Positions 53,174 through 64,000 of a DNA stretch of 64,000 nt are shown here, piece by piece. Where the stretch lies: contig JAPEUD010000066.1 of the NCBI GenBank assembly GCA_026026165.1, positions 1 through 64,000 on the forward strand, in the 5' to 3' direction. The stretch comes from Sarea resinae (Eukaryota). Under the pieces are notes generated by a model, which worked only from the letters and a program-made list of their open reading frames with translations, had not been told where the DNA came from and did not search any database. Positions within the stretch are counted from its first letter, which is position 1. Every line of letters begins with the position of its first letter. The position numbers and the translations under genes are program-made.

Positions 53174-53936
53174 GACGCCTCGAGCACTGCGGCGAGTGCG
53201 GTATATAGAACGAGCGAACGATATTGCAGGGAGGGTCCGCTGGTTATGGGGGATTCGGAATGCTGAGAGAGGCGGCGATATGGAAGGCAAAGGATGGTAG
53301 AGATGTGTGGATGAAGGCCGAGTGTCTGGTGTTGAGCGGCTGCCAGGCAGTGAGTGGCATGGATGCCGAGGCCAATAATCCGATAATCCAATGATGCCCA
53401 TCATCCATCGATGACATCGTGAAGTGCTCAGTACTACAATTCATGCCATCTCCGAGTATTTCGGCAGGGTTGTAACGCATGAAAGTACTTCAGCGTCTGT
53501 AGCAGGTACCTTAGAGTACGGGCACTCAAGCCATCATCCATCTGTCACGATCTTATCTTATCAGATGCTATGTCCATGAACTTCGGATGGAACTCGACGG
53601 TTCCATCGCGGAGATTCAATGTAAGTTTATTCAGGTGAATGGTATTTCCGTCCGCCAGACCAATACTGCCCTTGCCGTAGATACTACGGAGACGCTGGAG
53701 TGTCGCAAAATTTATATGCATCCCTTGAGGATCAGTGTAGGAGGATTAGATCCAATCATGATCAAATTGCGCCTCGGATCTCCGTCTCAACCTTGACCCA
53801 ATCTTGACCCAAATGCAACCGGTAATATACAAGCGATACCCCATACGAGAAGGCTCAAAGGTGCAAATGGCGACCATTCTCGCTGCTCGGCGCGGCGATC
53901 CGTCCCCCTGCGTCCCCGACAAGCAGACTCAACCCT

Positions 53937-54668
53937 TTATCGTGGCGCTGGAAACCGGGCCGGTATCGTAGCCTCATCCTCCTCTTCCGGCTGCGGCTTC
54001 CACCGTTCCTTGCCCTCCAACAAAGCCTTGGCCTGCTCTGCCAGCGATTTCTTGCCCTTTGCGGGCTTCTGGTTCGCATCGGGCAAGAAAGATTCTCGGT
54101 ACTCCTTCTGGGACTTCTGGGCAGCCTCCATTCTCTCCTTGTCCCACCTGCACGGACAATGTTAGCAATCTCCCGGTCGACATGATCTGCAAGCTCAAGA
54201 AAACGAGGTCCATACGGTGAGAAATCCGCCGGCTCTTCGGGCCACACGAAGGGCTTGTCCATCTCGACGGTCATCTTCTTAATCGCCTTGGGCCGGAACC
54301 ACTTCCGCGCAACGGGTATCCTGGCATCGGGTTTGTCTTGTCGCACGGGCTGCTGCTCAATGTAGGACCGCACGGCAAATACGTTCACACCGTAGGCATT
54401 GCGGAGATAGTCTTTGATGTCGAGCTTGTTGAAGTTCAAGGGGACGAGGAAGGAGGCCCATGTTGGGGGCAGATGGGGTGTTCGGAGGAGAGTGATGGTG
54501 AAATTGGGCCTGCGCCGGGAGTTAGCATCGCCTGTGTCCAGTTCGAGGATTCTTTCATTTGTTCTGGCTTGGAAGGGAGGCGCGGGTGATGGATTACAGG
54601 AAAATCTCTTTTCTTCCTTGGCGGACGAGTGCTTTCTCGCCAATGCCGGAGAGCACTTTGTGGGACAT
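53937..54668 (-). CDS. MRP20: Mitochondrial ribosomal protein uL23m (Mrp20), 3 exons
   Basis: GRKEIFL|PNFTITLLR, FLVPLNFNKLDIKDYLRNAYGV and KKMTVEMDKPFVWPEEP. Confidence 0.88.
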
Positions 54669-55304
54669 GATGATAGGAATTGGAGGCGATGCACTCCTGC
54701 AATGGTGATGTGGCCGCAGCGGTATTGAGTGGTGTAGGGGATATATGTTGATTGATGCTCGATATCCAGGTATGCCTCTCGCTACCCGGAAATCTTCGCG
54801 ATCCATGCGAGGTCGAATGACGTCTCCGGTCTCTACCGCCGCCCGCAACATCTCGAGCTTCAAATGGATAGCCACCGAGGCCACCAGCATAATCTGAGAC
54901 CAAGATATCAAAACGGGCTCGCGACTGATGATTTCCAATAACTTCAATTCTCATGAACTTGACTCTTTCAGTCCTTTCATAGCCAGGAAACGGCTGTTTA
55001 TTCGTCCATGTCCATGTCTTCTCAAACCATTTCCTGAACCAGCAAGATAAACATACATGTAATTGACTCCTTCACCATTCAAGTCCTCCCCACACTCCCT
55101 TTTTCGGACGGCTTGTATTCTCTCAGCTTTTTCATTGCGCACGTTCTAAAGATATGACCTTTGCAAGACCTCGTTTTCGTTCCGTGCCGTTCTATTCGTT
55201 AAGCGCCAGCATTGAAATATTCCAAAAAGCCAATGCCTGATCTCAATTCGCTGCCCTACAGTCCCCACCACCGGCCAGCAACAGCAACAACCAAGGGAGA
55301 TCCA

Positions 55305-56516
55305 ATGCCGAAGCCCTTCAATCGCTTCGTGCCGCCCATCAACTTCGCGCATGTAAGTCTATCCCAGGCAATCTAGAAATGCTGGCCCGGCTGCCTCCAA
55401 CTGCTCGAGTATCAAGCAAGAGCCCGATGAAGTAGCTACTCACTGCCACCGACGGTCAACTACAGGTCGAAGAAGGCGTCTACCGCTCGGGCCAGCCGTC
55501 GGCGATCAACATCCCCTTCCTCGAGACGCTGGAGCTCAAAACCATAGTATGGCTCGGTACAGTTGCCCTCTCGCTGTCCCACATCACGGATGCGCTGCAT
55601 ATCGAGCTTCTTGGAAGTAAGACTGTAATCTCTAACTCTCACACTGGTGACTGTAGCCGTCGAAGAGCCCAACGAAGCCATGTTAGCCTTTGCGGACGAG
55701 AACGAATTGACGATGCACCACCTCGGCATCGCTGAAGGTTCGTCAAGCCCTGCGTTCTTTCCGTCACTCTCTCTCCCTCTCCCTCTCCTTTTTGCTCTCC
55801 CCTTTCCCTCCATTTCCACCCACCACCCACCATGCAGCCCTCCCTCTAACCCAAATCCCACGCCCCGACTTACCGCAAAGCAGGCGGCAACCCCTGGGAC
55901 CCATTGACCGAGCAATGCGTGATCGACGCGCTGTACCACGTGATCAACACGGACAACTTCCCGCTGCTAGTCTGCTGCGGTATGGGACGGCATCGTACGG
56001 GGACAGTAATAGGTTGTCTAAGGAGATTGCAAGGGTAAGTCCTTTTGATCACTTACCCCTTACTCACCCGTCCGTGTATTCTACTGCCGCTGGCCCACTC
56101 TGTTCCTCATTTACTTACGTACTTTCGCCTCCTACATTACCTCCCTCATCCGCAAACACCATGCTAACTCGTACTCAACACAGGTGGAATCTAGCTGCGT
56201 AACTCTCCCCCTCCCCTTACCCAAAAATCCCCATGCCCATTTCCTTCCCCTTCCCTGATCCTTACCCCTCTTTTCCCCTCCTCTTCCCCTCTCCAACCCA
56301 CCCCTCACCCAACCCCCCACACACTCTCTCTCCTTTCTAACCCCCTCCTCCCCGCGGAACCAAAACAGCGCACTAGAAGAATACCGCCGCTTCACGGGCT
56401 CGCGCCGCTCGCGCGTCATGAACGAACTGCACATCGAAGCCTTCCAGCGCGAATCCGTGAGTCTGCCGCCGAGCAGGGCGAGCATCCCCACTTGGTTGTG
56501 GGCTGCGCTTGAATGA
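55305..56516 (+). CDS. OCA1: Oca1-like (Siw14 family) dual-specificity phosphatase, 6 exons; missed by the ORF track
   Basis: Spliced product reads [20 protein letters not shown]...[43 protein letters not shown], with an intact CX5R motif. Confidence 0.88.
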
Positions 56517-57475
56517 GTGGGTGAGTGAATGAGTGAGTGAGTGAATGAATGAGTGAATAGGTAAATGAGTAGGGCGGGGGGGGGGGGGGGGGTGATTGGC
56601 TTGTTTCTGTTGTATTTCTTGGGTTATTTTGTTCTTTTTTTTCTCTTTTGTTGTGGGTTGCTCTGTCGGCGGATACTTCACTTCCACACCGGGGTTTGGA
56701 CGGAGTTACTGCGAAGATTCCCTTTTTCGGGGAAGCGCGGGGGTCGGCGTTTGAAAGGAAAGGGAGAGAGAGAGATTGAGGGGGGGGGGGTTCCATTTTC
56801 TTCATCCTCTTCTCTTGTCATCTTGCTGTCTATGGTGTGGCTGGTGCCTAGGTATCGATCTATCAGTAGGGAGACATAGGAATAGGCATACGGCACGTTA
56901 GCTCAGCCCAGCTCAGCACCGCCAAGCTGATCAGCTACATAACTCCCTCAAAACATCTCCAACTAATCCCAATCTCTCAATCTATGAGACTTCGATCAAG
57001 AATGAAAAGGAGAATTGAAGAAGAGGTGGACGAATTCTATATTTCTCTCATCTGATCCCGCCTTGGTTTATCATCTTCATATTTATTTCGTCTTGCCAAA
57101 TCCCCAAGAACGCACCGTCCGAAGGACGCATCGTATCCATGTTCCGCACTCTACCACACCGGATCCCCAACTTTCCTCCTTTTCACATTCCCCCGCTTAG
57201 CGTCCGCAATGCAAAGACAAAGACGTCTTCCACCCCCACCCGCACCGCCTTCGCCACCTCGACAGAAGACACATGCAACAGATAGCAGACGCACATGCAT
57301 CGGGCCTCGCAAAAAAAAAGCAAGAAACCAAATCCGCTCGCCAAACGAAATGCATACAGGAAATCCAGTCATCTAGTTAGATAGGCGTTTCCATTTGAGC
57401 CGTAGCTTTCCACCTCTTTCTTTCGTTTGCTTGATCAACTAAGCCCTCGGCTTTCCCCCGCCCCCGCGGTGAGGC

Positions 57476-58641
57476 TCATCCATCCCTACCCAATCTCTCC
57501 TCCTCATCATCGACCAGTTCGTACGCGGGGCGGAACGAAAAAGCTTTGTCTTCCTGATTGTTTTCGCCCGATGAGGAGGAGGCCCGAAGGCCTGAATGAC
57601 GCGACGGCAAGGCCCGCAGAGCTGGGTTGGGGTGCGTATCCGTCTTGCCGCCTAGAGAGGTATAGCCCTGATCGTAGAGAGGGCAATACGGGATATCGAA
57701 ATGTAGGATGAACTAACACCCGGCGGCTTCCTATCAGCACATCATCTCACCCAAATCCCGTATAACATAGCTTTTCCCCGACCGAGCTTCTTCTCAAAAG
57801 AAAGCATTCATAAAAGGCTTTCCACCTAGCAGCAGCTACAGGCATACAAACGAAGAGTAAAAGGAGAACTCACGGCCCAAATCTCTGCATAATGCCAATC
57901 AATGACGGGATGGACGCGCATAAAATTCGGCCATCCGTGGTCGGTGGGGTCGAAGAACGTCAGATCGGCGCCGTGCGGATCGGTCCGTCTCGTGCCCACA
58001 AAGATGGCTTTCACGTGTGGTCTTTCTTGAAGGTATTCGGCGAAAGCGGTTTTCATGGGTTTGGAGTAGCGGGATAGGTCAAGGTTGTAGGTGGTTGTGC
58101 TTTCGGCAACGAAGGAGTCAACTTCAGCGAACGGGTGCGGGGACACGATATAGACGGATTGAATGCCTGGGCTGGCATCTTGCGATTTCGAGGGTGCTGG
58201 CGATGGGAAGTGTCTTGCCAGAGCGGCGAGGAAGATGATGAGCAGTACGAGGCAGTCTTTGCCGCCATTATAGGAGAGGGAGAGTTCGTCGAGCCTGTAG
58301 CAGGAGAGGTTCACGGTCAGCGCTTTGTCTGACTCGGAACCCGGGGTGATGATGGGAGGAACGACAACACACCTATATCTCCTCAGGGCATCTTCAACGA
58401 CGCCCAACGAGATACGCGTCTGCTGCTGCACTCTCTTCAGACGATCCGTGGGCGCATCCTGCTCTAGGAAGGCAGTGATGCGGGCGTTGAGCTGACGGCA
58501 GAGCTGATGCAGGTCGTTTGCGTCATATGCCGTGGTATTTGTCGACGCTGATGAAGGGTCCGTGGTCGTAATTGTATCGGTATCGGTGTCTGTCTGGCCA
58601 TTCCGCTGGTCGCGCTGGATGTCCGAGGGAGGTTCTACCAT
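57476..58641 (-). CDS. FAD1: FAD synthetase (PAPS-reductase family), 3 exons
   Basis: LSYNGGKDCLVLL, IFVGTRRTDPHG, WPNFMRVHPVIDWHY, YCPLYDQGYTSLG and FRPAYEL..EERLGR. Confidence 0.92.
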
Positions 58642-59284
58642 GGCGAAGGGGAGAGCATCAACTAGGCAACATCCATTGGGAGCGAGCTTGCGATGGAGGT
58701 CGGCGGTAGTGAGGGAGGAAGAGAGAGGGAGGTGATTTGCGGAAGCTTCGATGATCGAGAAGCCACTCCTGGTGGGAATATTGGAAAGAGAGCAATCGCC
58801 GAATGGATGCTTCGTAGGTATGTATTTACTTTACTTCAGTAGGTTTCCAGCTGCGGGTTGCGGGTTGCCGACTGCGGTTGTGGAGATGGAGATGCGTCAC
58901 TACTCTACTCAGTCGCAATGACTACCCGCGGGTGAAGTTCCTCCAGCAGCCCCGCCGATGGGAAGTGACCTCAGATCCGCGCTGGAAACACAGGTATGGC
59001 ACGGTACTCGCTACCAGGCATGGCGGGGCACAGTACCCTGCCCCCGAGTACTCGGGATCACGACTCGAGTAACTTCGTGCCAATTCGGGTGTTTTTCCCG
59101 AGTAAACTACTATGTACTCTAGAGCAGCAGCGGCTCGGTCCTGCCCTGACCAGACGAGCACATAACGTACCTAGCTATCACATACTCGAGTAGTACTTCG
59201 TAGACGGGCTTGATATGTGATCGTATTCTTGATTGATGGTGTATAGATTCAGTTTATTTAAAAAAGTACTCCGTTAAGGACCGG

Positions 59285-61776
59285 TCAGCCCAGAAAGCCC
59301 TCCGCGAGCGCCTCGAGATCCTCCAAGGTCTCTGGCTCCTCGTCGAATTTTCCGCCCCGTCCCCCTCTCTTTGTCTCCTCTGGATCCTTCTCGAACCACT
59401 TCTTCGGCCTCTTGGCCGGCCGATCGACAAGCTCTGGGGCCTCGTCATCATCATCAGCATCAGCATCGTCAGCCAGATGGTCCAGATCCTCTCCAATATC
59501 ATCATACCCCGCCAACACCGCCTGAACCTCCTCTCCATCCTCTTCCGCCTCCCGAGCCTTTCTCCTCTCCTTCTTCTCTCTCCGCTTCTCCTTCGCCATT
59601 TCCTTATCGGCCAAGTCCGCGGCCTGCACCCTCTGCTTCTCTTCCTCCAAGAATTTAGCTCGTTGACTCTCGGCTGGACCGCGCTGCTTGAAGGCGTCCT
59701 CGTCTTCCATTTCGTAGACGGGATGAGCGACGCCGTCTTCGTCGAAGACCAGTTTGTCTCCTTTTCCTTTGTACTTGAGTAGCTGCTTCTTGGATTTCAG
59801 GAGTTTCTCCCGTCGCTTGGAGTCGATAATGAGAGGTTCTGCCTTGCCAGCCACGGGAATTGCCCTTCTCTTCTCGCCAGCCAGCTTGCTCGTTTCCTTT
59901 GGTCGGTCAGTGTCAGGTTCGGAGTCGTCCTTTTGATCTTCAAAATGGTGAGTTCGCTTGACGGTCAAGAAATCATCATCCCCGTCCGCATCAGAAATGC
60001 CGTCAGGTAGCCCATCTCCATTATCAACCAGTTTGGCATAGTGATCTGCCAAGACATCTTGATTCCGCCGCTCGAACATTCTATCGTACTTGGTCCGAAC
60101 CACATCCTTCTTCTTCTCCTTCTTCGCAGCGCCAGCTGCCTCCCCATCCTCATCTTCATTCTCGTCCTCGGAAGAAGACATACCATGCCGAGGAGCATTT
60201 TTAATCTTCTTAGCATCATCACCTTTCATAAATTTGATCCTTGGAGCACCTGGCAATCCAAGACTGGCCGAAAATTCCTCGAGGGGCAATTGGTCCATCT
60301 TGAAGATCTCCTTATCCTTCTGGACATGTATAGATCGAACGTAGGAGACGAAAGCTTTCTGGCCTAGGTACTTCAACTCTGGATCTTTGAAGCACATATT
60401 CTGCAACTGATTCTGGATGCTCTGCTGCTTATTTTGGCGCACGTTGATCCGCTCGATCGGAACCTTCTTCTGCTCGAGTCGTTTCAGCATGCCCTCCTCT
60501 TCGCTTGGGTCTAGAAATAGCACGGCTCGGCCGTCGCGCTCGTAACGAGCCGTTCGTCCGACTCGATGAATGTACGTGTCCGCGTCTTCTGGGCAATCCA
60601 GCTGGATGACCCAATCGACGGCGGGGAAATCAAGACCTCGAGCAACAACATCTGTTGCGAACAAACATGAGGACTTGGCGGATGAGAATTTTGACGTAAT
60701 GTCAAGTCTAGCAGTCTGCTTTTGTCGGCCATGAAGATGCAGCAAAGGAATGCCAGGCTGCAGATGACGAAAGCTTTCGTAGACGAACCGGACTTGCTTT
60801 CCGGAAGACAGGAAGACTAGGATCTTAGACTTGATGTTACTGCGCAAAAAGCTCCAAAGCGTGTCCAGCTTTTGTGGCAGTGGAGTGACGACGTAATGTT
60901 GCTGCAGTGTCGAAGGCGTAGCGCTCGTAGCAGCCTCGTGAACAGAGACGTATTCCGGATCCCGTAGACTCAGTCGCGCCAAATCAGACACCCTTTTTGT
61001 CTGCGTAGCACTGAACAGCAGCGTCTGTCGTTCCTTGGGTAAATGCTCCACAATAGCATCAACGGCCATCTGGAATCCCATATCCATAATCCGGTCCGCC
61101 TCATCCAGCACCAGCATCTGTAGGTTATCCACGTCGAAAGCGGCGGTCTGGTCCAGATGTTGGAGCATTCGGCCGGGTGTGCAGACAAGGATGTTCATCC
61201 TTGAGAGTCGCTCTCGCTCCTCGTTCAGACTTTTTCCGCCAATGACCAGGCCGGCGGAAAAGGAGTGATATCGGCCGATCTTACGCAAGACCTCGAAGAT
61301 TTGAATAGCCAGCTCTCGGGTCGGCGAGAGGATCAGAGCCCCTAGCCCGTCCAGCTCCGTCCATCTCTTTCGATAGAGGTTGTCTAGGACGGGCACGAGG
61401 AATGCGAGAGTCTTGCCGCTGCCCGTCTTGGCCGCGCCGAGACAATCTGAGCCCTTGAGGGCTAGTGGGATGCCTTTCGCTTGGATGTCTGTTAAGGTCT
61501 TGAAATGAGATGCCTCAAGGCCTAAAGACGTAGGCTGAGAGAGAGGGAGATCGGAGAAGCTCTTGCGACTCGTATCTTGAGTGTCCTGCATCCAGAAAGG
61601 CAGTGGTCAGCTTAAAGCAGAGTCGACAGCCCACTTGTTTCGCTCGCACGTACGAGCTCTCTGATCTTCTGCTCCAGAGTCAAAACATCCTCCTCTACTC
61701 GTTTTCTCTTCAATGACCTAGGCTGTTGCTTGAATTTGGTGGGCTTCGAGCGCCGCCCCGTGAGCGTAGGCGCCAT
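59285..61776 (-). CDS. DBP4: DEAD-box rRNA helicase Dbp4/Hca4, 2 exons
   Basis: [32 protein letters not shown] and the Dbp4-typical [16 protein letters not shown]. Confidence 0.93.
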
Positions 61777-62012
61777 GATGTCTGTTGATGGTTTGAAGTC
61801 AAAGGTGGTCGAGAGCAATCGTCAAAATTTCGTGGTGCAGACTACCTACCTACATCCCTACCAGGCAAGATCTTGATCTCTCGCTTGGCGATAGCGACTC
61901 CCGTCTAGCCTCCAGCTACTCTATTCGACAACTGATAAGACAAGATGGTTTAATATAAAATCACCAGCCACCAAACATCAGAGGCTTCAAACAGCAGCAA
62001 ACGTCCGACACA

Positions 62013-62847
62013 ATGGCCGATGACGATCTCGCCGCCCTCGCGGCTCTCGAGAGCGAAGAGAGCGAGTTCAAGAAGGTAATCCAACCGCCTGACAACATCC
62101 TTGATCTCAAGACTAATCCCCCATTGTGCCTCAGGATGCCGAAATAGACCGTAAGAAATGACCATGTCCCTCATGGGCATATCTCGCCAGACTAATAGTA
62201 CTCTCCCGTACCAGGAATCCTCAAGGCCTTCAAACTCGATGCGTGAGCTTCCCTTGTCCAATCGTGCCTACCCCAGACCTTTCGCCCCTCCAGCTCCCCT
62301 ACAATCTACTGACACCTCCACCAGCTACTCAGTCCTCGAACTCCAACCGGGCGTCCCCGAATCCGACATCAAAGCCACCTACCGCAAGAAATCGCTCCTC
62401 ATCCATCCAGACAAAACGCGCAATCCCTCGGCGCCCGATGCCTTCGACCGGCTCAAAAAGGCCCAAACGGAACTGATGGATGAAGCGCACCGGACACGTC
62501 TCGACGAAGCCATCGCCGACGCGCGCATGCTACTGATCCGAGAGCACAAATGGACAGTCGATTCACCGGAGCTGAAGACAGATGATTTTGCCAAGGAGTG
62601 GAGGGAGAAGACGAAGGAGGTGCTGATTGATAACGAGATGCGCAGAAGAAAACAGTTGAAGGCGCAGATGCAGGAAGAAGGGAGGGCGCAGAAGAAAGAG
62701 GACGAGGAGATTGAAGCGCGGAAGCGGAAGAGGGATCATGACGTCGCGTGGGAGGCGAGTCGGGAGCAACGGATTGGGAGCTGGAGAGACTTCCAGAGTG
62801 GCGAGAAGAAAAAAAAGAAAGCGAAGAAGATGAAGCCAATTGGCTGA
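62013..62847 (+). CDS. DNAJC8/Spf31-like J-domain protein, 4 exons
   Basis: EFKK|DAEIDR|ILKAFKLDA|YSVLEL...YRKKSLLIHPDK J domain, and WEASREQRIGSWRDF C-terminus. Confidence 0.88.
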
Positions 62848-64000
62848 TTCGGTTTTTCTGCTTTGCTCTACTTTCTTGATATAGGTCTTTAGCCTCCGCG
62901 GAGCGGATGAGGGATATCATGTGCCTCTGCATACCTACAGCGTTACGGATGGGCGAAGTGAGGAGTTTGGCTGGCTTGCTCTCTTCCGTGGCTATTGCGA
63001 TCAGACGAATGATGCTAGAATTATTTCTTTTATTGAGAAAAGGTGATGATGTGCGCTACAGACCCCAGGATGAGGCATAGAACAATCCTCCGGCTATTTA
63101 TCATACCCAAGGCCATCCCGAGATCTGGATTTGGTGTCCAGCATCACTCGCTGCGCTCTAAATTCCTAATCAAATGCGTCTCTGTCTACTTCGCTGAGAG
63201 AGGGCATCGGTCGGTCCTGATGGGAAGTCTGAGATTGACATACTTTTGCATTGGCATTTAGATTAACTATCCCTTCCAACGCCGATATTGGGTATCGCCG
63301 CAGAACAAAGCTCAAAGGCTATTCACAGGCACGCAGACAAAGATGCTAATCCATGCTTGAATGCGAAAGTGAGAAGCATCAAACTGTGAGGCTGATAGCT
63401 TCGAAATCCAGAAATCGGTCAGACCTCATGTCACATGAACTCTAAATTCCAGTCCAGAGCACCCAAAGATAATTCCCGAATCAAGAGCCGACGGTGCCTG
63501 GCGCCTCCTGTCGCGTAGGTTTCAGACCAAATTTTACGTATCGGACACAAATAGCAGGATATCGAGGTCATCTCATTTTCGAATGTTTGGTCGCATCAGT
63601 AGACGAACGATCATCGGAGAATTTCCAGGGCGCATCAGGCGATAATGATTGCTGCAACGTTGCTCATGGTGTCCAATCAAATCGAAGCAAGGGCCTCTCG
63701 ACAATCTGCGTGGATGCGAGATCATCATGCGATGCGATGCGATACGATACGATACGACCTGGATCTTCTGTATACATATCTTCGTCTGCCGAGCGGTCAC
63801 TGACAGAGCAGAGCTGCTCTCTTGATGCTTCGCTCCTGCTTATTTGTTTTGACGACCTTTCTTCACTTCAAGACTTTATTTGGTTCTAGAGACGAGCGAC
63901 GGATCCCGCACATCTTGAGATCCGGGAACTGATGAGGTTATCAGCGACTCGTTCGGACAATCCTACCAGCAAAAACTCTGGACTCATGCGCAAATGAATC

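Noticed and set aside
53174..53404. 77-aa N-terminal extension of Lon from ATG 53404
   Set aside because: Lon homology starts at MAPSRPL (53173) and the protein has a PTS1. The upstream frame looks like promoter/UTR sequence, though TSS data would be needed to exclude it.
63042..63220. GTGATGA box C-like motif downstream of the J-protein gene
   Set aside because: Nearest CTGA is ~170 nt away with no terminal stem or recognisable rRNA guide.
1..64000. Transposon, CRISPR array or secondary-metabolite cluster
   Set aside because: No transposase/RT ORFs, LTR/TIR pairs, RIP-like AT-rich blocks, regularly spaced repeats or PKS/NRPS genes seen.

Overview
Gene-dense, intron-rich eukaryotic DNA from a filamentous ascomycete (Pezizomycotina-type GTRNGT / CTRAY / YAG introns, mostly 50-120 nt). 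It holds about 19 mainly housekeeping genes: URA2/pyrABCN, a Yvc1-like TRP channel, a VAMP7/Nyv1 longin SNARE, a ModF/Ydr061w-like ABC ATPase, an Asi1/3-like RING ligase, Ula1, Rki1, a Pof10/Ufo1-like F-box-UIM protein, Dicer-like 1, Tap42, an Iah1-like SGNH esterase, Tsc1, peroxisomal Lon, Mrp20, Oca1, Fad1, Dbp4 and a DNAJC8/Spf31-like J protein. I saw no mobile element, CRISPR array, rRNA or tRNA, and no multi-gene novel system that I can support. The most interesting signals come from manual splicing and are invisible in the ORF track: (1) an upstream exon adding a mitochondrial-presequence-like extension to ribose-5-phosphate isomerase; (2) 4-, 10-, 14-, 15- and 16-nt microexons, one behind a GC-AG intron; (3) four consecutive non-YAG acceptors in the Dicer helicase region; (4) a hidden spliced orphan gene; (5) a diverged ~120-nt direct repeat in a gene-free interval. 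All exon boundaries were read by eye, and all family calls come from motif recall, not database searches.
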